A DNA stretch of 64,000 nucleotides from a virus (lineage: Duplodnaviria > Caudoviricetes): the IMG/VR virus record IMGVR_UViG_3300005365_000022, positions 24,171 through 88,170 of that record; one strand, given 5' to 3'. A program made the translations under genes and the position numbers. The notes under the pieces are model-generated. The model saw only the letters and a list, made by a program, of their open reading frames with translations, did not search any database and was not told the DNA's origin. Of this stretch, positions 25,852 to 34,694 are shown piece after piece (position 1 is the stretch's first letter; the number at the start of each line of letters is the position of its first letter).

Positions 25852-25896
25852 GTGTTTCGCTCCTTGGTCACGTGATACGTCGGCAGAGAGATCCGG

Positions 25897-26322
25897 TCAA
25901 CCCGGCAGGTCGGCGTGACGCGCGGCTGCCTCGGCGGCGATGCTGCGCCGGAGCTGCTGCTCGTGCTCCGTCTGGCGCTCGTTATCGGCATGCTGCATCG
26001 CGGCGAGATCCCGGTACGCCGCCAGTGCTCGCTCGCCGCGGGGCGTGATCGCGAACAGCTGCGGAGGTGGTCGCCGCGTGCCATTGCCGCCCGGCTGGCG
26101 CCGCTGGGTAACCGGCGTCGCGAGTCCGAGCTTGAGAAGCGCCCGCCGCATCATCGGCTTCTCGGCGAGCGGGGCCGGGCGCATCGCCAGAATCTCGAGC
26201 ATCGCCGCGCGCTCTGCGCTGATGCGGTCGTAGTGCGACAGACCGCACGCCGGGCACTTCGCCCTGGTCGGCAGCTGGCCGAGCCAGGAGCAGGCGCAGA
26301 CCGCGTACACCATGCGCTTCAT
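25897..26322 (-). CDS. Zn-ribbon plus wHTH-like hypothetical protein
   Basis: CAC..CPACG; LLKLGLA...FAITPRGERAL. Confidence 0.5.
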   Translation of the reverse strand: MKRMVYAVCACSWLGQLPTRAKCPACGLSHYDRISAERAAMLEILAMRPAPLAEKPMMRRALLKLGLATPVTQRRQPGGNGTRRPPPQLFAITPRGERALAAYRDLAAMQHADNERQTEHEQQLRRSIAAEAAARHADLPG

Positions 26323-26507
26323 CGCTCGCCTCGGTTCCGTTTGTGGTCGATGATGATCCCGTTGCCCAGCAGTGGACACCACTTCGGGGTTCCGCGCAGT
26401 GGCAGAACTCCACCGTCGATGTTGCATTCGAGCATGTGACCGGTGTTATGACCGGTGTTGAACGGGCAGGTCTTGCAGCTGGCGACAACCATCAGCGCTC
26501 GCTTCAT
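26319..26507 (-). CDS. Small Cys-rich hypothetical protein
   Basis: SCKTCPF...C...PKWCPL. Confidence 0.5.
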   Translation of the reverse strand: MKRALMVVASCKTCPFNTGHNTGHMLECNIDGGVLPLRGTPKWCPLLGNGIIIDHKRNRGER

Positions 26508-26668
26508 GGCGCCGCCGATGCTTTCCATCCCACAGGCCAGAAGGCCGGATGATGAACGGCCAGCGAGCGAAGCTCGCGCTTCTGGGTGCGACGGCTGAGG
26601 CGGCGCAGTCTCCGCATCGCGCGCTTGACGCGGCGCCGGATGTTGGCCGGCAGGTCTGAGGTGTTCAT
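26504..26668 (-). CDS. Small basic hypothetical protein
   Basis: ATGA coupling; GGAAGG RBS. Confidence 0.35.
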   Translation of the reverse strand: MNTSDLPANIRRRVKRAMRRLRRLSRRTQKRELRSLAVHHPAFWPVGWKASAAP

Positions 26669-27390
26669 GGCGCCTTCCTTCCTGTGCGCGCGATGTCGGC
26701 AATCGCCGCGGAGGTCGCCTGCGCAGCGTCCACGCCGATCGCCTGCATGACCTCGACGAGTGGGTTGCTCTCCACGCCCCGCGCCCGCCGCAGCTGGGCT
26801 GCGAACCGCCGATCGAGCGACGACATGCCGGCGACCGCGAGCTCGGCGTGGTCCAACCTCGCCAGCGTCTCGTCGCTCGGCACCTCTCCACGCGCCCGCG
26901 CCCGTTCCACGGCGACGGTCGCGAGAAGCCACTCGTCGAGCAGACCCTGGATGGCGCCGACGACGTCACCGATGGGTGATGGCGAGCTGCCGAGCGAGGC
27001 CAGCCGGTGCTTGGCATCGGCGAGCGCGGACAGCGCTTCGCGGAGCGATGGGGCGCCATCGACAACCTGGCCGGTCACGATCCGCTGCGCCACGAGCTCG
27101 GCGCCGACGACTCGGTCGATCACAGCAACGTAGTCGGGCTGGGCCTCGATCCAGCGCGCCATCTCCTCGCACCCGTCGCGGCCGACGACGCGCTGCGCCT
27201 CGCCTCCGCTCAGAAAGGCGCGCGCCAGGTCGAGCGCGCGCCTGCGGTCCGGCGGTGCAGTATCCGGCGACGGCGAGCCATCTGGCATCTCACCGCGCGC
27301 GTGGATGATCGGCTGTGTTGGACGGTCGGGAAGCGGTCGCTCGCTGTCCCGCCTCGATCGTCCTCCGAGCGTGATCTCGTCGTGACTCAT
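26665..27390 (-). CDS. Helical hypothetical protein
   Basis: GGAGG RBS before ATG 27390. Confidence 0.55.
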   Translation of the reverse strand: MSHDEITLGGRSRRDSERPLPDRPTQPIIHARGEMPDGSPSPDTAPPDRRRALDLARAFLSGGEAQRVVGRDGCEEMARWIEAQPDYVAVIDRVVGAELVAQRIVTGQVVDGAPSLREALSALADAKHRLASLGSSPSPIGDVVGAIQGLLDEWLLATVAVERARARGEVPSDETLARLDHAELAVAGMSSLDRRFAAQLRRARGVESNPLVEVMQAIGVDAAQATSAAIADIARTGRKAP

Positions 27391-27403
27391 ATTTATCCCT
27401 CCG

Positions 27404-27475
27404 TGCGCCAAGCAGGAATCGAACCTGCGACCCGCCGGGTGTAATCCGGCTGCTCTACCGCTGAGCTACTGGCGC
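27404..27475 (-). tRNA. tRNA-Val(TAC)
   Basis: GCGCCAG-TA-GCTCAGCGGTAGAGC-A-GCCGG-ATTACAC-CCGGC-GGGTC-GCAGGTTCGATTCCTGC-TTGGCGC-A; no encoded CCA. Confidence 0.85.
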
Positions 27476-27564
27476 ATGACGACGCGCGGAATTGCGCGCC
27501 GGGCCCCGGCAGGTGCCACCCCGAGTCACGCCGAAGTGCGCGGCGCGGCCGGACATGTTTCTCG

Positions 27565-27810
27565 CTACCTACCGGCGAGACGGTTGTAGGCTGCGACGCA
27601 CTGCTGAACTTCCGGCGCCCGGCGGTTTCCCGTCTCGAGCGCATCGCTGGCCGGCCCGAGCGCCATGCGCGTCCAGCGGTCGATGTCGCTGAGCTGCAGC
27701 ATGTCGATGTGCTGCTCGGTCAGCTCGGCGGCCGTGATGGGTGTCGCGGCGCGAAACATCTCGGCGGCGCGGCTTGCGGTCATGCGTACGGTGGAGCAGT
27801 GGTTGAGCAT
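27565..27810 (-). CDS. Leaderless hypothetical protein
   Basis: 81 aa; ATG 6 nt after the -10. Confidence 0.5.
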   Translation of the reverse strand: MLNHCSTVRMTASRAAEMFRAATPITAAELTEQHIDMLQLSDIDRWTRMALGPASDALETGNRRAPEVQQCVAAYNRLAGR

Positions 27811-27864
27811 GCCGGTAACGTAATACGTGTTAGCTTAGGCGTCAAGCGATAGATTACGCGTTCA
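27808..27864 (-). promoter_or_regulatory. Repeated promoter/operator cassette, copy C
   Basis: CATGCCGGTAACGTAATACG..GCGTCAAGCGATAGATTACGCGTTCA. Confidence 0.75.
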
Positions 27865-28368
27865 GCAAGTGCGGGTGGGTGCGGTCTCATCGGCCGGCTC
27901 CGCCGCACCATGCGTCGCCTTCCGCACTCTACCGCCCCGCGGTCGCCGCATCGGCACCACCTCAACCACCTTCCTGCGCAGCGTCATCCTCGTCACCATG
28001 TCAGTGGTCCCATTTGAGATCCCGTCCCAGAAGACGAGCGCAGCGTCTCCGACCTCGGCCATCCGGCTGTTCCTCACCTTGGGCGCCATGAACTTGCCGT
28101 AGCGCCGCACGTCGGCATCGGAGATCGGCTCCGGGTGAACCGCGAGGCCCCTCGCCTTGGCCCAGCGCTCGCCACAGGCGTCCACCCCGCCGCCCGGAGA
28201 CTGGCCGCTCACCACCAGCTCGACCACCTCGCGCACGCGTGAGATCTCTGGCGGGATCTCTCCCCAGATCGGCATTCGCAGGACCTCGGCGTCGATCTGC
28301 TCATCGGTCGGGTGAAGCGACCGACTGCCGGCGATGATGAGCTTGACCACCGACGGCGAGCGTCTCAC
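27862..28368 (-). CDS. SLOG-superfamily (DUF2493/YspA-like) protein
   Basis: KLIIAGSRS..VVSG...GVDACGERWA..RN..MAEVGDAALVFWDG.SNGT. Confidence 0.75.
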   Translation of the reverse strand: MRRSPSVVKLIIAGSRSLHPTDEQIDAEVLRMPIWGEIPPEISRVREVVELVVSGQSPGGGVDACGERWAKARGLAVHPEPISDADVRRYGKFMAPKVRNSRMAEVGDAALVFWDGISNGTTDMVTRMTLRRKVVEVVPMRRPRGGRVRKATHGAAEPADETAPTRTC

Positions 28369-28396
28369 GTGACCCTGACGCGCGGCGCCGACTGGA

Positions 28397-28996
28397 TCAG
28401 GTCATGATCATGTTGATGACGCCACCATCGACGGTCAGCACCCCAATCGCGCACGCCCGCCAGAGCACGACATCCACGGTGGCAACGCGGTCTCCGGTGG
28501 CCGCGGCGAGCCTGGCGCAGAGCGCGTCGACCGTCTCTCCATCCGCCTGAGCCAGCCGAACGAGCCAGCGGTCGGGCTTGGCGCAGTCGACGCCCAGGTT
28601 CTTGGCGAGGTGGTAACGCGTGATCTTGACGATCCAGGGCAGCGACTCGCACCACTCGAGCACGCGCGCCGGGTCATCGCAGAGCTCGCGGAACTCAGCC
28701 AGCCGTAGGGCGCGCCGGTCCCACATCAAGCCGATCGCAAGCGCCTTGCCGGCGTGACCAAACGCTGCCGGATAGAGCGGCAGGTCGGCTACGAGCCGCG
28801 GCCAGACCCGGTCCATGATCGCGCGGGCGGCGCGGTGGTGCATTCCGCTATTCACCACGACCAAGGCGTACTCACGCACCAGATCTTCGGCGTTTACAGG
28901 AGCTCGGACGTTCTGCGCCCACTCCCAGTCCTCTACGTAGCCGAGCGCGGCCAGCCGGGCGCGCGTCTCGCGGTACAGATCAGGCGTGAGCTTCAT
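28397..28996 (-). CDS. HhH-GPD DNA glycosylase-like protein
   Basis: LVVVNSG...ESLPWIVKITRYHLAKNLG..AKPDRWLVR...VDVVLWR. Confidence 0.6.
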   Translation of the reverse strand: MKLTPDLYRETRARLAALGYVEDWEWAQNVRAPVNAEDLVREYALVVVNSGMHHRAARAIMDRVWPRLVADLPLYPAAFGHAGKALAIGLMWDRRALRLAEFRELCDDPARVLEWCESLPWIVKITRYHLAKNLGVDCAKPDRWLVRLAQADGETVDALCARLAAATGDRVATVDVVLWRACAIGVLTVDGGVINMIMT

Positions 28997-29002
28997 GGCG
29001 AT

Positions 29003-29062
29003 GAGATCTCCACTAGTTGGAGAGATCCCTGCGTGAGATCCCCGATGAGATCCCGGGATCTC
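29003..29062. repeat. Cluster of GAGATCYC motifs ending in the 16 bp palindrome GAGATCCCGGGATCTC
   Basis: Copies at 29003, 29022, 29035, 29047 and 29055; perfect palindrome again at 29195-29210; variant at 4363-4379. Confidence 0.7.
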
Positions 29063-29077
29063 AAATTTGGCGCCGGC

Positions 29078-29842
29078 TCATAGACCGCTGTGATGACACG
29101 AGGTTTCTCGACTGTACCAGTCGGTTAAGCCCATCCCGTGCGTGTCGGTAAGCGCGATCTGCCACCGCCCACCGACCATGTTGTAGACCTCGAAGAGATC
29201 CCGGGATCTCACGCCGTGCTCCATCTCCCGGCACATGCCGTCAGACAGCCGCGCTCCCCAGAGCACGATGCCGTCGCAGCGCTCGACCACCGCGCAGGCA
29301 TCCACGAGCCCCGCCTCGCGCTGAGCAGGATCTCGGTCGTCCTCGCCGGACAGCACGCTGGAGATCCACGGCGCGATGAGGGTGGTCTCCGGGAAGGCAT
29401 GGCGGAGTCTCATGAACGCGCGCTGTGCCTTCCTGAGGTTCACGCTAGTGGCCTCAGCGCGTGGGGTTGGATGCCCACCGGTTACCTCCGCGGCGATCTC
29501 ATCGCCGGTCGGTCGGAGCGGGGCCGCGAAGTACAGCACACGCCTGCGCGCGCTGGCCGGGATCTCATCGGCGCGCCGTCGCTCTTCGATCTCCTGCCGG
29601 ATGTACTGCGCCAGGTCGAGCACCTCCTGGTAGGCGTCGACGATCGCCACACGGCCGTTGCGGGCCTGGAGCTTGGTGCCGTACTTCGCCTCGCCGATCT
29701 TGGCGCGCTCGCGGAGGTCGTCGATCACCAGGTCCACGATGGCTGGGCCGTCGTTGGTCACCGGGCGGGGCTGCACGACGGTCGCTGGCGATTGCGTCTC
29801 GCTTGGATCTATCGACGATTCTTCCTGTCTATTTGCTATCAT
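29078..29842 (-). CDS. Two-domain protein: small helical phage domain plus nucleoside-deoxyribosyltransferase-like (DUF4406/DUF1937-type) domain
   Basis: RAKIGEAKYGTKL..DAYQEVLDLAQY; VLYFAAPL..CDGIVLWG..SDGMCREME. Confidence 0.6.
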   Translation of the reverse strand: MIANRQEESSIDPSETQSPATVVQPRPVTNDGPAIVDLVIDDLRERAKIGEAKYGTKLQARNGRVAIVDAYQEVLDLAQYIRQEIEERRRADEIPASARRRVLYFAAPLRPTGDEIAAEVTGGHPTPRAEATSVNLRKAQRAFMRLRHAFPETTLIAPWISSVLSGEDDRDPAQREAGLVDACAVVERCDGIVLWGARLSDGMCREMEHGVRSRDLFEVYNMVGGRWQIALTDTHGMGLTDWYSRETSCHHSGL

Positions 29843-29977
29843 GCGGCACTTCCTTCAGCGGAAGGTCGAGCTGGTGCTCGTACCATCGCTGGGCACGTCG
29901 TCGTTGGCGATCGTTCCTGAGCGCGAGGAATTTGGCTGCGGTCTCCGCGCTGGACTCGCGGCGCGGTCCCGGCATGG

Positions 29978-31279
29978 CTAGGCGTCCCCAAAGCGGCGCT
30001 CGAGCGCCATTCTGACGAGATGTTCCTGCAGGTCGGCTGGCGTCATGGCGACAACCGCCGGGTCGTCGGCTATCGCGTCATCAGCCTCCGCGCCTCCGCG
30101 CAGGATTCGCCGGATCATCTTCGCCCGTCCGGCTCGATCGAGCGGCGGGACCTCGACGAACAGGTCAAGCCGCCCGCGCCTTCGCAGCGCGGGGTCGATA
30201 GTGTCCGGACGGTTCGTCGTGACGATCAGTAGAACACCGTCCGATGCCTGTACGCCGGCGATGCTGTTCAGGAGCTCGACGAACGAGAGCTCGACGCGCT
30301 CGTGCATCGGCTGGTCGCCATCGAACACCGCGTGCAGGTCCTCGATGAGGGCTACGCACGGCACATCGGTGAGCATGCTCACCCACGCCTGCCGGAAGCT
30401 GTGGTTGTCGAGCCCGGCGACGTCGAAGACGTGGATCGGCATATTGTGCTCCACGGCAAGCGCGCGGGCCAGCGTGGTCTTTCCGGTCCCCGGAGCGCCG
30501 GCCAGGCAGATACCGAGCCGCCATGGGATCCCTCCTTCCTCGCACCACTCCTTGCTGTCGATCCAGTTTCTAACGCGATTAGTCACGCCTTTGAGCTCTG
30601 GTCCAAGGCTCAGGTCGTCGATCGTCAGCATAGGTCGGCCGAGGAGATCGGACGGCTGCCAGTGAAGCAGCCGCAGACCGTAGCTTGGATTTCCGCACTC
30701 GCCGCGCCCCGCCTTGGCAGTCGGCGCCGGCTGAGAACTCCCATCACCGAGCTGGCGTCCGTGATGGACGACGCCAAACCTATGGCGAGATCCCTCCTGT
30801 AAATCTGCGTGCCGCGCGTCCTCGTAGGCAGCCGCGTCGGCCAGTAGGCGATCCCAGTCGATCGTGCCCCGGATGAACGAGAACTCGCCGCGCGTCGTCT
30901 CTCGCGGAGATCCGGGCGGCCCAAGCTCGGTCGGCGAGTACCAGATCGGACGACTGCGCAGCCAGAAGCGCTGCGGCGACTCCTTGAGGTCTTCGTACCA
31001 GACGCGATACGGACGCCCCATCGGACGCAGGTGAGGTCTCTCGCTGCTGTAGTACCCAGACCTCGGCTTCCAACCGGCGGTTGCGCGCAGGTAAGACAGC
31101 ACAGGTCCAGACGAATACGAGTCCGTTCTCCTCGTTACGAGGAGGAGTCCAACCGGCCACGCCAGCCACGACCTGATCTGATCCCACAGGGCCACTGCGG
31201 CGGCTATCAGCGTGACCACCTCGAACTCTCGAATCGACATCACCTGGTCCTCTTGTGGGTATCGTGGCATGCGTCGCAC
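29978..31279 (-). CDS. BCS1-like AAA+ ATPase
   Basis: Walker A GAPGTGKT, Walker B ALIED, LLNSIAGV, TTNRPDTIDPALRRRGRLD. Confidence 0.8.
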   Translation of the reverse strand: MRRMPRYPQEDQVMSIREFEVVTLIAAAVALWDQIRSWLAWPVGLLLVTRRTDSYSSGPVLSYLRATAGWKPRSGYYSSERPHLRPMGRPYRVWYEDLKESPQRFWLRSRPIWYSPTELGPPGSPRETTRGEFSFIRGTIDWDRLLADAAAYEDARHADLQEGSRHRFGVVHHGRQLGDGSSQPAPTAKAGRGECGNPSYGLRLLHWQPSDLLGRPMLTIDDLSLGPELKGVTNRVRNWIDSKEWCEEGGIPWRLGICLAGAPGTGKTTLARALAVEHNMPIHVFDVAGLDNHSFRQAWVSMLTDVPCVALIEDLHAVFDGDQPMHERVELSFVELLNSIAGVQASDGVLLIVTTNRPDTIDPALRRRGRLDLFVEVPPLDRAGRAKMIRRILRGGAEADDAIADDPAVVAMTPADLQEHLVRMALERRFGDA

Positions 31280-31539
31280 CTACATCCGTGCGTCGCCGGA
31301 CCGTGTGTTCCCGCCTCGTTCTCGTTGATGCATGCTGACCTGCGCCCATCTTCGAGCACCGGGCTCAGCCTCGATCGGCGTCGCTTCGCCTTGGAGCGCA
31401 CGTGGTAGGCCGTCTTATAGGTCCGCTTTGGCTTCTGCTTGGCGCGCTCTGCGGCGGCCCAGTCTCGCTCTATGATCTCGTCCTCGGCATCGCCTCCGCA
31501 GTCGCAGGCCCCGGTGTTGAGCTGCGGCTTGAGCGACAT
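31240..31539 (-). CDS. Hypothetical protein with C-terminal HG..CRCxxC motif
   Basis: HGPATHGCRCDAC. Confidence 0.45.
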   Translation of the reverse strand: MSLKPQLNTGACDCGGDAEDEIIERDWAAAERAKQKPKRTYKTAYHVRSKAKRRRSRLSPVLEDGRRSACINENEAGTHGPATHGCRCDACHDTHKRTR

Positions 31540-31639
31540 GCACCAGGATGCGTGGCCTCGGAGCCCGAGTGGAGCTCTGCTTGGTTGCGACGTACGCATT
31601 TCCATCGTCCGGTATTTGTCGCCAGGGTTGGAGAATTAG

Positions 31640-31822
31640 TCAACGGTCACGTGCTGGCATCGCCGCAAGACACGATCGGCAGTGCACCGCGCTAACCGGA
31701 CGCTGACTTCGCGGTCCGTAATGCGGCGAGCATGCAGCACGATCGCCGCTACGGTCTCGCAGGTGACCAGCTCGCCGCGCTTGGGTTCCTTCCAGGTCAT
31801 GGCGCATCAGCTTCGCGCTCAT
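31640..31822 (-). CDS. Small hypothetical protein
   Basis: 60 aa, HCRSC, ATGA-coupled. Confidence 0.3.
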   Translation of the reverse strand: MSAKLMRHDLEGTQARRAGHLRDRSGDRAACSPHYGPRSQRPVSAVHCRSCLAAMPARDR

Positions 31823-32142
31823 CGCACATCACGTGCACGCGCCGCAGTCTCGAAGATGGCCGGGTCACCACCATCGATTGCATCGGCGTGCTTCACCAAC
31901 AATGCGGCGATCTGGCGCGCTTCGCATGGTGGAAGACCTACCCAAGCGACCGGCGTTCCGAAGTCCAGCACGACAACGCCGTCTCTGGAACCGACTGCCA
32001 TCCGGATGCCGCCTTCATCCGTTGGCGTCAGCCGACCGCGAGGATGCTGGCCGGTCTTACCGAGCGGCTGGCCGATCTGCTCCAGCATCTCGCGGAGGAT
32101 CGGATCTGGAGCCGGGTATGGATCGCTGCTGTGATTGCTCAT
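31819..32142 (-). CDS. Conserved-type phage hypothetical protein
   Basis: PRGRLTPTDEGGIRMAVG..VVLDFGTPVAWVGLPP; AAAGGA RBS. Confidence 0.6.
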   Translation of the reverse strand: MSNHSSDPYPAPDPILREMLEQIGQPLGKTGQHPRGRLTPTDEGGIRMAVGSRDGVVVLDFGTPVAWVGLPPCEARQIAALLVKHADAIDGGDPAIFETAARARDVR

Positions 32143-32800
32143 GTAGTTGTCCTTTGTTTAGAGGATTTGGGTAGGAGGTATCGCTATCGCGATCGATCGA
32201 CGGAACGAGCATGGGGGGAAGCCACAGCGCGCCCACGGCGTCGGGCATCGGTCCGGTCCCTGCAACGGTCACGGGCACGCCGGAGCGCCTGGCGGTATCC
32301 ACGTCCTGGCGCCCGACCAACAGGGGGTCTCGCCACACCACCACGGCGTGGAGGGCGGTCGCTGTCGCTGTCGCGGCATCCATGGAGCCGGGGCGGCCGG
32401 CGGCCCCGGGGGTGAGCAGCGGGGACGAGCAGAACAGGCCGTAGCGCTGCAGGAGCTCGCAGGTCGCCGCCTGGCCGTGCCTTGCCGCGTCGTCGTGCTC
32501 CGCCTGCATGCCTTCGCCGAGCGGGAAGGCCAGGTAGACCGTCATGGGCATGCCGAGCGCCATCCGGGCCGCGGGGGTGACGCGGATCGGGCGCGGAGTG
32601 GTGCACTTTCCCGGCCCCTTGACCAGGTAGCCCAGCTCGACCAGGCGCAGGACCAGCGTGTAGCCTGACTTCGACCCGTGGCCCTTGATGCCCAGCGCCC
32701 GCTTCACCTCGGGGATCAGGGGGGGGCGGCGGAGTTCGGTGTGCAGCGCGTCCACGGCGCGGATCCACTTGATCTGGTGGTCGGTGATCTTGAGCGTCAT
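32057..32800 (-). CDS. LexA-type wHTH fused to a degenerate deoxyribosyltransferase-like domain
   Basis: ITDHQIKWI...RPPLIPEVKRALG..SG..LVELGYL..PRPIRV; then VYLAFPL...AVVVW. Confidence 0.55.
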   Translation of the reverse strand: MTLKITDHQIKWIRAVDALHTELRRPPLIPEVKRALGIKGHGSKSGYTLVLRLVELGYLVKGPGKCTTPRPIRVTPAARMALGMPMTVYLAFPLGEGMQAEHDDAARHGQAATCELLQRYGLFCSSPLLTPGAAGRPGSMDAATATATALHAVVVWRDPLLVGRQDVDTARRSGVPVTVAGTGPMPDAVGALWLPPMLVPSIDRDSDTSYPNPLNKGQLHEQSQQRSIPGSRSDPPRDAGADRPAAR

Positions 32801-34410
32801 CGCGGCCCCGGAAGTGGAAGCGTGCGCTGCGCGGTCCGCTCCTTGGCGAGCTCGGCGTACCCGAGGTCGAAGCCGATCCAGCGCCGGCCGTGCTTCTCTG
32901 CGACAGCGCCAGTTGTCCCCGATCCGAAGAACGGATCGAGCACGAGGTCGCCTGGCCGGGTACCGGCTAGGATGCACGGATCGATCAGCTTGGGCGGGAA
33001 CGTGGCGAAGTGCGCGCCGCCGAACGGCTGAGTTGCGACGGTCCAGACAGAGCGCTTGTTGCGGCGTTCCGGAGGATCTGCGTCGAGCGCGCGAAGTCCT
33101 CGATGCGGAGGTGCGCCCGGCATCGTGGTATCGATCGGGCCCGTGTCGGTGCGGTTCTGCCCGCGCCATGTCGACGGCTCAGAGATCGCGTCGGCATCGT
33201 AAAGGTACCGCTCGCTCTTGCTCAGTAGGAATAGGTACTCATGCGCCTTAGTCGGCCGGTCCGTGACCGACTCCGGCATCGGGTTCAACTTCGACCATAT
33301 GATGTCGGATCGGAGGTAGAATCCTGGCTCGGTCATCGACTCGGGCGGCGGGAAGTCAACATCCGTCGGAGTCCCTCTGTGCAATCCGATCAGCGCGGCG
33401 TGTGCTGCCTCGGCGCGCTCCCCGGAAGACGGACATCCGCAGAGGATGCGCGCCTGGTGCTGCTTGGCGACGAGATACGGGTACAGCTCACGCACGAAGT
33501 CGCGACACTCGATCGTCCGCAGGTTCCACCTGTAGATCCGTTGCTTGCGACGCTGATTCTCCTCGGGACCCTGCGAACAGATCGAGCCCTTGCCGACCAG
33601 CGCCATGATTCGCTCGACCACGGCGAGCGACGTGTTGCAGATCTCAACGCCGGGTCCGTAGCTATCTGACTGCCGGATGTAGCCCTGCCCGTTGTTCTGT
33701 CCGGCCTTCCGCTTGTGGATGAACAGGCAGCCCTCAGCGTCGAGCATCGCCGCGATCCAGATCCGGTCGCGCTCGTCGCGAATCGAGCCGGTGTAGTACG
33801 GCTGGCGCAGCGCGAACGCGGTCATCCAGGGGATCCCGACAAGGTCTTTGGGCTTGAGTCCGTCGATCGGCATCCGGTTAGGTTGGGTCATCGGCCCGAC
33901 CGCGGTGTGCTTGCCAGCGTGCTTCGGATCGCGGTCCGCGCGCGTCCGGATCGTTTCGCCGGGCGACGCGCCTACGCGACCAGCGCCCGTCGCATACGAG
34001 TCCCCGAGATTCAACCACAGCGTTCCGTCGTCACGTAGAACACGGCGCACGCCGCGGAACACGTCGACCATTGCCGCTACGTAGAGCTCAGGTGTCGCCT
34101 CGAGTCCGATCTGGCGATCGATGCGCCGAGCGCCGCAACGTCCGCAGTCACCGCGAAACACATGCGATGCATGCACCGTCGCCTTGCTGCCGCCGAGCGT
34201 AGACGAGATGACGCTCGCCGCTGTCCGAGACGGCCTGCTCTCCATGTGGTCGCAGACATGATCGCCACCCTCCCACTGCGCCGTGCCATAGTCGCGCAGC
34301 CCCCAGTACGGGGGGCTCGTGATGCAGGTCTGGACGCACCCGTCGGGTAACTGGGTGAGCAACTCGCGGCAGTCGCCTACGTAGTGACCGGAGGTGCTGA
34401 CGTCGATCAT
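32797..34410 (-). CDS. Beta-class DNA methyltransferase (SPPY) with in-frame LAGLIDADG insertion
   Basis: GDCRELL, TCITSPPYWGLRDYG, KDLVGIPW, YLRSDIIW, AHEYLFLL, HFATFP, VLDPFFGSGTT. Confidence 0.88.
   Translation of the reverse strand: MIDVSTSGHYVGDCRELLTQLPDGCVQTCITSPPYWGLRDYGTAQWEGGDHVCDHMESRPSRTAASVISSTLGGSKATVHASHVFRGDCGRCGARRIDRQIGLEATPELYVAAMVDVFRGVRRVLRDDGTLWLNLGDSYATGAGRVGASPGETIRTRADRDPKHAGKHTAVGPMTQPNRMPIDGLKPKDLVGIPWMTAFALRQPYYTGSIRDERDRIWIAAMLDAEGCLFIHKRKAGQNNGQGYIRQSDSYGPGVEICNTSLAVVERIMALVGKGSICSQGPEENQRRKQRIYRWNLRTIECRDFVRELYPYLVAKQHQARILCGCPSSGERAEAAHAALIGLHRGTPTDVDFPPPESMTEPGFYLRSDIIWSKLNPMPESVTDRPTKAHEYLFLLSKSERYLYDADAISEPSTWRGQNRTDTGPIDTTMPGAPPHRGLRALDADPPERRNKRSVWTVATQPFGGAHFATFPPKLIDPCILAGTRPGDLVLDPFFGSGTTGAVAEKHGRRWIGFDLGYAELAKERTAQRTLPLPGPR
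33328..33801 (-). mobile_element. Single-motif LAGLIDADG endonuclease domain inserted in frame; no intein motifs
   Basis: About 158 aa between AFALRQ and PGFYLRSDII; WIAAMLDAEGC, VEICNT, YRW, ELYPYLVAKQHQA. Confidence 0.75.
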
Positions 34411-34694
34411 CGCGGATCCTTGAACGCATCGGCTGTTCGGATCCGGCGGACGGCCGCAACGAATTCGGTGCGATCGCACTCGATGGCACCCGCCGCGACC
34501 GCGAGAGCACGCTTCGACTTGCAGATGTCGTAATGCGGCGTCGATACGTTAATCGTTCTGGGATCCTGGAACCATTTCCGCGCAACGCCGATCCGGTCTG
34601 CCATCGCGTGGAGCTCATCCGGCGTGTCAGCGATCAGGTGACACATCACCATCCGCCCGTACTGGTTGACAGCCTTGTCGACGTAGACGCTCAT
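34407..34694 (-). CDS. DUF4031-family protein
   Basis: MSVYVD..MCHLIADTPDELHAMADRIGVARKWFQ..HYDI. Confidence 0.8.
   Translation of the reverse strand: MSVYVDKAVNQYGRMVMCHLIADTPDELHAMADRIGVARKWFQDPRTINVSTPHYDICKSKRALAVAAGAIECDRTEFVAAVRRIRTADAFKDPR

Noticed and set aside
33328-33801. Intein or group I intron in the MTase
   Set aside because: No N-terminal C/S, no terminal HN/HQ+nucleophile, and the insert is fully coding with no room for a ribozyme core (not formally excluded without RT-PCR)
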